From positions 77,118 through 141,117 of the forward strand of contig VMGE01000002.1 in the NCBI GenBank assembly GCA_007376395.1: 64,000 nucleotides of DNA, read 5' to 3'. The stretch is from Microgenomates group bacterium Gr01-1014_5. Its GTDB lineage: Bacteria; Patescibacteriota; Microgenomatia; UBA8517; UBA10165. The first letter of the stretch is position 1; every line of letters begins with the position of its first letter. A program made the position numbers and the translations under genes. Positions 1-8,774 of this stretch are shown here, piece after piece. The notes under the pieces are model-generated. The model saw nothing but the letters and a program-made list of their open reading frames with translations. It did no database searches and had not been told where the DNA came from.

Positions 1-43
1 GATAGTACTGTTCTGAGGCAAAAACAGTTTTTCTAAATGGCAC
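1..43 (-). mobile_element. 5' end of a probable REP-associated tyrosine transposase (RAYT, IS200-like Y1 HUH family), running off the window
   Basis: GTG at 43 reads MPFRKTVFASEQYY+C.., resembling the RAYT N-terminus MPxRKxxFxxxxxYH. It has its own promoter and an adjacent palindrome. Only 14 codons are visible. Confidence 0.55.
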
Positions 44-49
44 TTTTTA

Positions 50-78
50 ATTTTATGAATTATTACCGTATGTGTCAA
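50..78 (-). promoter_or_regulatory. sigma70 promoter TTGACA-17-TAAAAT, leaderless
   Basis: -35 at 73-78, -10 at 50-55, 6 nt before the GTG start. Confidence 0.7.
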
Positions 79-85
79 GCTAGTT

Positions 86-98
86 CACACCTGGTGTG
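86..98. repeat. REP-like palindrome CACACC-T-GGTGTG
   Basis: 6-bp arms, directly upstream of the putative RAYT promoter; shares the ACACC/GGTGT core with 17295-17311. Confidence 0.45.
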
Positions 99-184
99 TA
101 TGGGGACTGCCTTTGCCGTTTTTTTGGGGCAAGCGTAATCACTCTTTCAACCCGCAGCATGGCTTTATTATACTACCTGTCACA

Positions 185-1318
185 TCATCGGTAATTATTA
201 GCTTCTATACCCACAAGATCGTTAACGTGACCAATTCTTTCTTTGTCTAAATATTCTGCCACGCCTCTGGTTATTCTTCCCGGAAGAGTGAGCCCGACTT
301 CGCGCGAACCAGAAACAAATTGCAACCCCTGAGCACCTGCTTTTATTGTCTCTAGAGCCGCACTGGATCCATTTATTCCTCCGACTCCAATAACTGGTAC
401 TTGCCCTTCTGTACTTCTATAAACATGCGCAATAATTGTATTTACAATTTTTCTGTAATCCGGGTCTGCTCCTGACAATCCGCCTGCTTCGTTTCTCCAG
501 TGTTCACCATATTTAGCTTTTATGTCTGGGTCTGTAGTCGTATTTATACATACCAGACCTGCCAGTTTTTCGTCAACTACTACTTGGATTACGTCGTCAA
601 CAGCCCCAAGAGGCATTTCCGAGATTTTAACAAACGTCGGTATTCTTCCCCCGGTTTCATCCATAACTGCGTTTACCCTCTGAGCAATTTTTGTTAAAGT
701 ATCTTTTCCTTGAAGATTTCTGAGTCCGGGTGTGTTTGGAGAAGAAACATTTATGGTAAAATAGGCCGCGTAAGGCTTTAGTGCTCTTGCCACGACGCCA
801 TACAAAATTGGTGCTTCATCCGAAGTAATTTCTTTGTTGATTCCTAAATTAAAACCAATTGGAATTCCGCTCTTTGCGTATCTTTTAATATTTCTTATAA
901 CGGCATGAACCCCTTTGGCATTAAAACCAAGCCTGTTTAGTATTACTCCAGGTTCAGATGCAAGCACAAATTGTCTCTTTTTAGGATTCCCTTCCTGGTC
1001 AGCAAAAAGTACGGCTCCGAATTCAGGAGAGGCAACGCCAAGTGCATGCCAAGCAAGAGCAGTTATACCTTGTTTATCAGAACCCGCGCCAAGCATAAGA
1101 AAATTCTCTAAAGGTACTCCTCCAACTGTAATTTTTAATCTCTCGTCTGAAAACCGCGCTCCTTTGTATGCACACAATCTTTCCAAAACTTTCAAGGTTA
1201 ACGGCGAAGCTTCTGCTAAGTGGAGAAGGTTGCTGGCCCAAATATGAGCAGTTTCTGTTGGAACTATATTGGTTCTGTCCAATAAGTCTAACGTTGGTCT
1301 AACAAATTCTTTATACAT
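185..1318 (-). CDS. pyrD: dihydroorotate dehydrogenase, class 2 (quinone type)
   Basis: NRLGFN, NVSSPNTPGLRNLQ (catalytic Ser loop), GGLSG and IGVGGI motifs; follows pyrC. Confidence 0.92.
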   Translation of the reverse strand: MYKEFVRPTLDLLDRTNIVPTETAHIWASNLLHLAEASPLTLKVLERLCAYKGARFSDERLKITVGGVPLENFLMLGAGSDKQGITALAWHALGVASPEFGAVLFADQEGNPKKRQFVLASEPGVILNRLGFNAKGVHAVIRNIKRYAKSGIPIGFNLGINKEITSDEAPILYGVVARALKPYAAYFTINVSSPNTPGLRNLQGKDTLTKIAQRVNAVMDETGGRIPTFVKISEMPLGAVDDVIQVVVDEKLAGLVCINTTTDPDIKAKYGEHWRNEAGGLSGADPDYRKIVNTIIAHVYRSTEGQVPVIGVGGINGSSAALETIKAGAQGLQFVSGSREVGLTLPGRITRGVAEYLDKERIGHVNDLVGIEANNYR

Positions 1319-1334
1319 TTTAATAACAAAATGG

Positions 1335-2399
1335 CTATCGGTAACTTAGAGGTTGGCCAAAACCTGGCTTAACTAAAACTTGTCCGTTCTCAAATACTAA
1401 AGAACTGCGAATAGTAACCCTTTTTATACGTCCCCTTAATTTCCATCCCATAAATGCTGACCAGCCGCATTTAGTTTTTAAATCTTTCTCTGTTAAAACG
1501 TACTCTTCGTCAGGATCAATTTCAATAAAAGTATTGTTGTCGGTTTTAATTGAGAAAACCTTTTTTGGCCCTTCAAACATTAAACGGACAAGATCATCCA
1601 AAGAGAGTTTGCCTTCTACTACCTTTGAGTACATAAGAGGAAATGCCGTTTCTAACCCTGGTACGCCAAACGGCGGAGTGGCGCTTTCTTTTTCTTCTTT
1701 TGTATGCGGCGCATGGTCTGTCGCAATCATGTCAATTGAATCAAGATTTTCCCATAACGCCTCAACATCAGTTCTTGTTGCCAAAAATGGTTTCATCCTT
1801 CCATATGGACCAAGATTTACAGCATCTTCGTTAGTGAGTAAAAGATGGTGGGGGGTAACTTCACAAGTAACAGGAAAACCTTCCTGTTTTGCCCTTTTAA
1901 TCATTTCTATTTCTGACGCCAAACTAATATGGCAAATATGTAATCTCCTGTTTGTTTTTCTGGCCATCTCCAAAGCTCTCTTGCACGTTCCTTCTTCGGC
2001 GTGCACCAAAAGCGGCTTGTCTTTAGGCCAAACAGAAAAGACTTTTTCTATAAGCCGGTCATCTTCTATAAGTAAATCGCCAGTCGTTTGGTTCATGTAG
2101 ACTTTTAGACCTGCGACCAAATCGCGAACCTTTTCAAACTCACCGGTATTGTCTCTCGGGCTTGCACCGAAATGAAAACCATAGTCACAAAGAGTTTTGA
2201 CGCGGGCAATTTGCTCTTTATACTGCAAAGCTTCCAGGCTAACTGTTGGCTCTGGGTTGTTCGGCATATCGACTATTCCTACAATCCCGCCAGCTAAAGC
2301 CGCCTCACTACCGGTCGTAAAATCTTCTTTATGGGTTCCACCTGGATCGCGAAAATGAACATGGGGATCTATTAAACCTGGCAATTCCTTTAAAGACAT
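1335..2399 (-). CDS. pyrC: dihydroorotase (amidohydrolase, CAD-like short type)
   Basis: LPGLIDPHVHFRDPG, DMPN, CEVTPHHL, ATDHAPH, PFGVPGLET. Confidence 0.92.
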   Translation of the reverse strand: MSLKELPGLIDPHVHFRDPGGTHKEDFTTGSEAALAGGIVGIVDMPNNPEPTVSLEALQYKEQIARVKTLCDYGFHFGASPRDNTGEFEKVRDLVAGLKVYMNQTTGDLLIEDDRLIEKVFSVWPKDKPLLVHAEEGTCKRALEMARKTNRRLHICHISLASEIEMIKRAKQEGFPVTCEVTPHHLLLTNEDAVNLGPYGRMKPFLATRTDVEALWENLDSIDMIATDHAPHTKEEKESATPPFGVPGLETAFPLMYSKVVEGKLSLDDLVRLMFEGPKKVFSIKTDNNTFIEIDPDEEYVLTEKDLKTKCGWSAFMGWKLRGRIKRVTIRSSLVFENGQVLVKPGFGQPLSYR

Positions 2400-2478
2400 T
2401 GTGCTATATGCTACAAAATTAATAATGCTAAATCAACTAGTTTTGCTTTCTAGGCTCAATTGAAGCATAATTACATGC

Positions 2479-3948
2479 ATGATTTCAGTACAGAACTTAT
2501 CTTTCTCATATGGCGGGCATATCGTTTTTGATGATATTTCTCTCCTTGTTAACGATAACCAAAAGGTTGGACTTGTCGGCCCAAATGGCGCTGGAAAGTC
2601 TACACTCTTGGGATTAATCTCTCAAAATCAACAAACTGATATTGGCCGTGTCCAAGTTGTGGGTTCAATTGCGTCAGTTCCTCAAGAAATTAAACACGAC
2701 CCGGCGCTTGATAATAGTTCCTCAATCCGCGCGTATCTTGACCCGGAACACGAACACTATGATTTTGAAGTCACAAAGTTTTTAAAAGGTTTAGAACTCT
2801 CCCGTTTGAATCTTACCGATAGCGCAAAATTACTTTCCGGCGGACAAAAAACGCGCCTTGCCATTATTAGAGCTCTCCTTGCGGAACCAGACATTTTAAT
2901 TCTTGATGAACCAACAAATTATTTAGACACAAAAGGTAAAAAATGGGTTATGGATTTTATTTCGACTTATCAAAAATCTATTATTATCGTCTCTCATGAT
3001 CTGTCGTTACTTGACCATTCGATAGATAAAATTCTTTTTATTAACGCTCATACAAAAAAGATTGAGGAATATAAAGGAACTTATGCGCAATTTTTAAAAT
3101 TGCGGGAAGAGAAAATAAATCTTACAAAGAAGCAACACAAAGCTTCTGCTGCCCATATACAAAGCATGCAAGAAGGTTTGCGTATGGGAACGCAAAGTGT
3201 CAAACAAAGAATACAACTGCAAAAACGAATTGAACGGGAAAAAGAAAAACTTCCAGAATTACCACGGGAAGCAGCTGGTTTAAAAAACATCAGACTCCCA
3301 GAGCCTACTAGAGGTGGACAAATCCCGCTTAGCGTAAACCATATTTCCAAGTCATATGGAGACAACAAAATTTTAGATAATGTAAATTTCTATCTCGAAC
3401 GCGGGGAGAAGTTAGCTTTAATCGGTAAAAATGGTGCAGGTAAAAGCACACTTGTAAAAATTTTAGTCGGTCTTGAAAGTCCAGATTCTGGAGAGGTCGT
3501 GAGGGATGTAAATTTAAAGCTTGGGTACTATTCCCAAGAACATGAAGTTTTTGATTTTGCAGAAACAGTAATAAAAACTATACAAAACGCCTGTCATTTA
3601 AACGACGGTCACATCCGCTCGATTTTAGGCAAATTTATGTTTTCTGAACAGAAGATTTACCAAACTGTGGGGACATTATCTGGCGGAGAAAAAACAAGAC
3701 TGGCCATCGCTCTTTTAGTATTACAAGACTACAACTTATTAGTGCTTGACGAGCCGACGACCTATCTTGATGTTTTATCGCAAAGAATAATTCTCGAAGC
3801 GTTAAAGGAATATAAAGGAGCAATGATTATCGTTTCGCACACAGAAGAGTTTATTAAAGAGCTGGCGCCATCCCGGGTTTTATTGTTGCCGGAAAACAGA
3901 ATCGACCACTGGCACGATGAATATCTTGCAAAAGTTGGTGAGGTTTAG
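2479..3948 (+). CDS. ABC-F family ribosome-associated ATPase
   Basis: Two ABC domains (GPNGAGKST, GKNGAGKST, LSGG, LDEPT twice), helical linker, no TM segments. Confidence 0.9.
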   Translation: MISVQNLSFSYGGHIVFDDISLLVNDNQKVGLVGPNGAGKSTLLGLISQNQQTDIGRVQVVGSIASVPQEIKHDPALDNSSSIRAYLDPEHEHYDFEVTKFLKGLELSRLNLTDSAKLLSGGQKTRLAIIRALLAEPDILILDEPTNYLDTKGKKWVMDFISTYQKSIIIVSHDLSLLDHSIDKILFINAHTKKIEEYKGTYAQFLKLREEKINLTKKQHKASAAHIQSMQEGLRMGTQSVKQRIQLQKRIEREKEKLPELPREAAGLKNIRLPEPTRGGQIPLSVNHISKSYGDNKILDNVNFYLERGEKLALIGKNGAGKSTLVKILVGLESPDSGEVVRDVNLKLGYYSQEHEVFDFAETVIKTIQNACHLNDGHIRSILGKFMFSEQKIYQTVGTLSGGEKTRLAIALLVLQDYNLLVLDEPTTYLDVLSQRIILEALKEYKGAMIIVSHTEEFIKELAPSRVLLLPENRIDHWHDEYLAKVGEV

Positions 3949-6110
3949 ACGGTTTGACCATGACGGACGGCAGCCGTTTTTTGTCCCACAATTTGGGCAG
4001 TAATATTTGCCGGGACTTCGGCATAGTGCGACGGTTCAACATAAGAATTTGCACGGCCCTGAGACATTGAGCGAAGAGCTGTTGCATAGCCTTGGAGTTC
4101 AGCCAAGGGAACAAGGGCGTTAATCACTTGGAAAACTCCTCGGGTTTCTGTTTCTTGGATTTGTGCGCGGCGACTAGATAAATCGCCAATTACGTCTCCC
4201 ACAAAGGCACTTGGTGTAGAAACGGCAACGTGCATGATTGGTTCGAGCAACACTAAACCCGCGCGTTTCACCGCGTCTTGGAAAGCCATAGACCCAGCAA
4301 TCTTAAAAGCGATTTCTGAAGAATCGACGTCGTGGAAAGATCCGTCAAAGACTGCGCATTTAACGTCAACCATCGGGAAACCAGCTAAAACTCCGTTTTC
4401 TGCCGCCTCTCGGTATCCTTTTTCGATTGCCGGGATATACTCCTGTGGAATTGTTCCTCCTTTAATTTCTGAAATAAATTCTATGCCTTCACCGCGGCCT
4501 TTTGGTTCAACCCTTAACAAACAATGCCCATATTGCCCGCGTCCTCCGGTTTGGCGGATATACTTTCCTTCTCCCTCAGCCGAACCCTTAATTGTCTCTT
4601 TGTAAGCAACTTGCGGCGCGCCAGTTGTGGCTTCAACTCCATACTCGCGCTTCATGCGGTCAACTAAAACTTCAAGCTGTAATTCTCCCATTCCAGAAAT
4701 AATTGTCTGTCCGGTTTCATGATTTGTCTTGACACGGAAAGTAGGGTCTTCTTCTCCAAGCCTGCTCATTGCGTGTCCCAATTTTTCTTGATCCTGACGA
4801 GTTTTTGGTTCAATCGCAAGTGAAATAACCGGCTCAGGGAATTTAATATTTTCTAAAATTATGGGGTGCGCTGGATCACAAACCGTATCTCCTGTGACCG
4901 TTTCTTTTAATCCGACTGCTGCCACAATTTCTCCAGCATAGGCTTCTTCAACCAGTTCTCTTTGATCTGCGTGCAGCAAAACCAAGCGCCCCACACGCTC
5001 ATCTGCTCTTTTGGATGTATTTAAAACAGGCGTTCCGGTTTTTAATGTCCCTGAATAAATCCTCAGCCAAACGAGCCGTCCAATGTGAGGATCAACGTTA
5101 ACCTTAAACGCCAAGGCTGAAAATGGCTCTGACTTGTCCGGGCTTCGGGTTTCTTCTTCACCTGTTGCCGGGTTTTCACCTTTAACTGGTGGGACGTCTA
5201 AAGGTGAGGGGAGATATTCAACAATCGCGTCTAAAATTCTTTGTACTGTCGGCATGCGGTTATCCCCACCCAAAACCGGAAAAAACTTGCCCGCGACCAC
5301 GCCTTTGCGGATTGCGCGTTTGATTTCAGCTGGGCTAAGCTCGACCCCGTCAAGGTATTTGTTTAAAACATCGTCATCGTATTCTGCTACGCGCTCTAAA
5401 AGTTCTGCTCGATACTTTAAAGCTTTTTCCATTAACTCTCCCGGGATTTCTTCTTCGGTAAGCTTGCTGTCTTCTACTGCTTTGTAGGTGTAAGCCTTCA
5501 TCTCAATCAAATCGACAACGCCACGCAGCTCGTGTTCTATTCCAATCGGCATATCGACAGGCGCCGCATTAGGGTTTAAGCGTTCGCGGATTGAGGTAAT
5601 AGACCCTTCCCAATCTGCGCCGATAAGATTTAATTTATTTAAGGAACAAATTCGAGGGACGTTATATTTATCCGCCTGATGCCAAACAGTCTCTGACTGG
5701 GGCTCAACACCAGTTCTGCCGTCAAAAATCATGCATGCTCCGTCTAATACGCGCAAAGACCTCTCGACTTCAACTGTAAAATCAATGTGTCCAGGAGTAT
5801 CGATAATATTTATGCGGTGGGATTCTTGGGGAACATCTCCTTTAATATTTGTTGTCCAAAAAGTAGTAATCGCGGCAGAAACTATGGTGATTCCCCGCTC
5901 GCGCTCTTGATCCATCCAGTCGGTGACCGTATTTCCTTCGTCGACTGAACCATATTTATAGGTTTTTCCGGACTCGAATAGAATTCGCTCTGTGGTCGTT
6001 GTTTTTCCAGCGTCAATATGGGCAATAATCCCCATGTTGCGGATCCACTCCAGCGGAAGTTCACGGTTCTCGGTTGTAGTTGTAATTAATGCACCCTTTT
6101 TTGCTGCCAT
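3945..6110 (-). CDS. fusA: elongation factor G
   Basis: AHIDAGKTT, RGITI, DTPGH, GMGELQLE, GGRGQYGH; G4 reads NKLN. Confidence 0.97.
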   Translation of the reverse strand: MAAKKGALITTTTENRELPLEWIRNMGIIAHIDAGKTTTTERILFESGKTYKYGSVDEGNTVTDWMDQERERGITIVSAAITTFWTTNIKGDVPQESHRINIIDTPGHIDFTVEVERSLRVLDGACMIFDGRTGVEPQSETVWHQADKYNVPRICSLNKLNLIGADWEGSITSIRERLNPNAAPVDMPIGIEHELRGVVDLIEMKAYTYKAVEDSKLTEEEIPGELMEKALKYRAELLERVAEYDDDVLNKYLDGVELSPAEIKRAIRKGVVAGKFFPVLGGDNRMPTVQRILDAIVEYLPSPLDVPPVKGENPATGEEETRSPDKSEPFSALAFKVNVDPHIGRLVWLRIYSGTLKTGTPVLNTSKRADERVGRLVLLHADQRELVEEAYAGEIVAAVGLKETVTGDTVCDPAHPIILENIKFPEPVISLAIEPKTRQDQEKLGHAMSRLGEEDPTFRVKTNHETGQTIISGMGELQLEVLVDRMKREYGVEATTGAPQVAYKETIKGSAEGEGKYIRQTGGRGQYGHCLLRVEPKGRGEGIEFISEIKGGTIPQEYIPAIEKGYREAAENGVLAGFPMVDVKCAVFDGSFHDVDSSEIAFKIAGSMAFQDAVKRAGLVLLEPIMHVAVSTPSAFVGDVIGDLSSRRAQIQETETRGVFQVINALVPLAELQGYATALRSMSQGRANSYVEPSHYAEVPANITAQIVGQKTAAVRHGQTV

Positions 6111-6179
6111 TTCTCACTCCGTTCGAAACAAGTTTTCTTTTGACAAGAAAAGAGAAGCCTGTTTGGCTTCTTGGATGTT

Positions 6180-6208
6180 ATTTTACCAAATTAAGCCTAA
6201 TTGCGCAA
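6180..6208 (-). promoter_or_regulatory. dedicated fusA promoter TTGCGC-17-TAAAAT with extended -10 TG
   Basis: -35 at 6203-6208, -10 at 6180-6185. Confidence 0.55.
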
Positions 6209-6256
6209 TGTGCTTGCTTAAAAGAAGTCTAATTTACCACTTAAAATGAGCGAATG

Positions 6257-7195
6257 CTAATTCCCCCAATATTTAAACCAAACTTTTCCTTCTATTTTCT
6301 CCCATTTAATTGGACCCCAGCTTCTGGAGTCTGAGCTTCGATCTCTATTATCACCCAGCAGAAAGTATTCATCTTCACCGAGTGTGCGCCCTTGTCCTTC
6401 AGGCGAAAAAAACCCGCCAGAAGTTTGCATACCTGTTGATAAATATGGCTCTTCTAAGACTTGTCCATTAATATATACCTGTCCATTTTCTATCTTTATC
6501 GTTTCCCCGGGCAGACCAACAATACGTTTAATGTATATATTTAGACCTCCAGATGGTTCTTCAAAGACAACTACCTCTCTTCTTTCAAAATTTAGATCGC
6601 CCAGTCCAAACTTCCTAACAAGATAATATTCCCCGTTTTTGTAGTTTGGTGCCATTGCTTGGCCTGTAACTTGCACTGGCCAGACAAGAAATAAATAAGC
6701 CAGTATTAATACTGGTATTCCCATAAGAGCAAATGCCGATAGTAAAAATAATGACCAACGTTTAAAGGCTGAGGGTATAGATTGCGTGCGAGGAATAAAA
6801 TTTCCGGAATTATCAACTTTTAAAACTAGAGAGCCTGCAAGTTTATCGTGCCATGCTTGCCGTCTCTTGTCGGGAATTGCCCACAAATATCCCAGGTTTA
6901 ATATTCCAGACAGTATTCTTCCAATCGTTTCGCGAACGATAATTCGCTTTAAGGAAAGTTTATGACCCTCTTTGGAAACGACTTTAATATGCAGTACCTT
7001 TTTACCTAAAGTTTGACCTTGTTTATTAAGAAAATATATATTATAAGCCAGAATACTGAAAATAATAAGTACGTCAGACAACGTCTTTGGAATAATAAAA
7101 GATAGTAAGAAGGCGGGGAGCACAGCGATGAGACCATCTAAGGCATATGCAAGAAATCTTTTAAAGATTCCAGCTGTTTGGTACTGCTCGTGCAT
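6257..7195 (-). CDS. RDD-domain / signal peptidase I (S26)-like fusion with catalytic Ser replaced by Ala
   Basis: RDD part: KRFLAYALD, GQTLGK, RQAWHDKLAGS. SPase part: YIKRIVGLPGE, LGDNRDRSSDSRSWG; box B reads GQAMAP. Confidence 0.85.
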   Translation of the reverse strand: MHEQYQTAGIFKRFLAYALDGLIAVLPAFLLSFIIPKTLSDVLIIFSILAYNIYFLNKQGQTLGKKVLHIKVVSKEGHKLSLKRIIVRETIGRILSGILNLGYLWAIPDKRRQAWHDKLAGSLVLKVDNSGNFIPRTQSIPSAFKRWSLFLLSAFALMGIPVLILAYLFLVWPVQVTGQAMAPNYKNGEYYLVRKFGLGDLNFERREVVVFEEPSGGLNIYIKRIVGLPGETIKIENGQVYINGQVLEEPYLSTGMQTSGGFFSPEGQGRTLGEDEYFLLGDNRDRSSDSRSWGPIKWEKIEGKVWFKYWGN

Positions 7196-7231
7196 AAATT
7201 AGCATAACATAATAATAAGACTCTACAAACT

Positions 7232-7259
7232 TGTTACCATGTTTTAAAACATGGTAACA
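7232..7259. promoter_or_regulatory. perfect 28-bp palindrome TGTTACCATGTTTTAAAACATGGTAACA over the promoter of the TrpR-like gene
   Basis: 14-bp arms are exact reverse complements; ends 6 nt before the ATG at 7266. Confidence 0.85.
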
Positions 7260-7265
7260 TAGGTT

Positions 7266-7709
7266 ATGACGCAGGTTTCTAAGAGATATTTATCTTCAGA
7301 TGTTCAGAAAAGAATGTTTGAAGTATTTATTAACGCCGTAAGTAAAGCAAAGTACCGCCGCGACGTAGCAAGCTTCTTGACCGATTTACTTTCTCCAACA
7401 GAACGAATCATGCTAGCTAAAAGACTGGCGATTGCTTATCTTCTGGTCAAAAAGAGTTGGACTTACAGAGAAATTTCCCAAATACTTAAAGTAAGTCTCG
7501 CTACAATACAGCGTGTATCGTTGGTCTTAAACGTTCAGGGTGACGGTTATAGAAAAATTGTTAATTCGCTTCTAAAAGATGAACAAATTGAAAACTTTAT
7601 GAATAAGGTTGCGGACGCTATAACAGTAATTCCGCCAGGAGGAGCTAACTGGAAACAATGGAGAAAAGAAAGAGAGGCGGAGAAAAGATCCCGTACAAAA
7701 GCTTTCTAA
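7266..7709 (+). CDS. TrpR-related (YerC/YecD-like) HTH regulator
   Basis: FLTDLLSPTERIMLAKRLAIA and HTH TYREISQILKVSLATIQRVS. Confidence 0.85.
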   Translation: MTQVSKRYLSSDVQKRMFEVFINAVSKAKYRRDVASFLTDLLSPTERIMLAKRLAIAYLLVKKSWTYREISQILKVSLATIQRVSLVLNVQGDGYRKIVNSLLKDEQIENFMNKVADAITVIPPGGANWKQWRKEREAEKRSRTKAF

Positions 7710-7737
7710 TGTTTCAGTGTTTTAAAACATGAAAACA
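7710..7737. repeat. second, degenerate copy of the 28-bp palindrome
   Basis: TGTTTCAGTGTTTTAAAACATGAAAACA, 23/28 identical to 7232-7259, starts at the base after the stop codon. Confidence 0.8.
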
Positions 7738-7833
7738 AGAGAGATGTTAACTCTTTAGTCCGGAGCACCAACGAGAATGTCAATAGCTCTACAACAAAGA
7801 AGGTTTCTTTGTGTGTCGGGGAAATTCCATGAT

Positions 7834-8310
7834 TTACCACTTAAAGTGAGCAAATGCACGATTGGCTTCTGCAACACGCTCAATTTCTTGTCTTTTGGCC
7901 ATTGAAGCGCCTTCACCTTTATGAGCATTCATAATTTCCATAGATAATTTATGAGCAAAAGTTTTATATTGAGCGTTTGGAAGAGAATTCGCGGCATTGA
8001 CCAACCAACGGATAGCTAAAGATTCTTTACGCGGACCGCGCACAGCCATAGGGACTTGGTAAGCCGCGCCTCCGATTCTGCGCGGGCGGACTTCCATGTT
8101 TGGTTTAATATTTTCAACCGCCTGTAAAAATACTTTGAGCGGTTCTTCTTGGAGTTGTTCGCGGATTAGTTCAAAAGCGCGGTAGACCTGCTTTTGAATT
8201 ACAGAACGCTTACCGTCGCGCATTGCACGGTTAATTAGCTTGGTTACCATCTCGTGTGGATAAACCGGGTCTTTACTAACCAGTCTGGGTTTTACTGCAC
8301 CTTTTCGCAT
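7834..8310 (-). CDS. rpsG: 30S ribosomal protein S7
   Basis: MEVRPRRIGGAAYQVP, AEANRAFAHF. Confidence 0.98.
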   Translation of the reverse strand: MRKGAVKPRLVSKDPVYPHEMVTKLINRAMRDGKRSVIQKQVYRAFELIREQLQEEPLKVFLQAVENIKPNMEVRPRRIGGAAYQVPMAVRGPRKESLAIRWLVNAANSLPNAQYKTFAHKLSMEIMNAHKGEGASMAKRQEIERVAEANRAFAHFKW

Positions 8311-8318
8311 ATTATTTA

Positions 8319-8756
8319 TTACTTAGCCGCTACCGGCCTAGTCCCTCCTTGCGGCCGTTTTGCGCCGTATTTTGAACGGGAACTCTTTCTACCTTCTACC
8401 CCGCCTGTATCAAATTTTCCGCGCACTACATGGTATTTTACTCCTCCCAAATCTTTAACGCGCCCTCCACGCACAAGAACTATGGCGTGCTCGGCTAAAT
8501 TGTGACCTTCTCCTTGGATATAGGCAGTAATTTCCTGTTTATTAGAGAGCCTAACCCTCGCAACTTTGCGCAAAGCCGAATTCGGCTTTCTAGGAGTCAT
8601 TGTGCGTACCTGCAAAACAACACCACGCTTAAACGGCGCGGTTATCTCGCTAAATTTGCGGTCTTTGTTATTCCACCAACGACGCAAAGAAGTTGCTTTT
8701 GTCTTCTTTGGTCTAAACGTTCTACCTTTTCTAACTAGTTGTGATGCTGTAGGCAT
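8319..8756 (-). CDS. rpsL: 30S ribosomal protein S12
   Basis: [34 protein letters not shown]. Confidence 0.98.
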   Translation of the reverse strand: MPTASQLVRKGRTFRPKKTKATSLRRWWNNKDRKFSEITAPFKRGVVLQVRTMTPRKPNSALRKVARVRLSNKQEITAYIQGEGHNLAEHAIVLVRGGRVKDLGGVKYHVVRGKFDTGGVEGRKSSRSKYGAKRPQGGTRPVAAK

Positions 8757-8774
8757 AATTGAGGCTATAGTATA

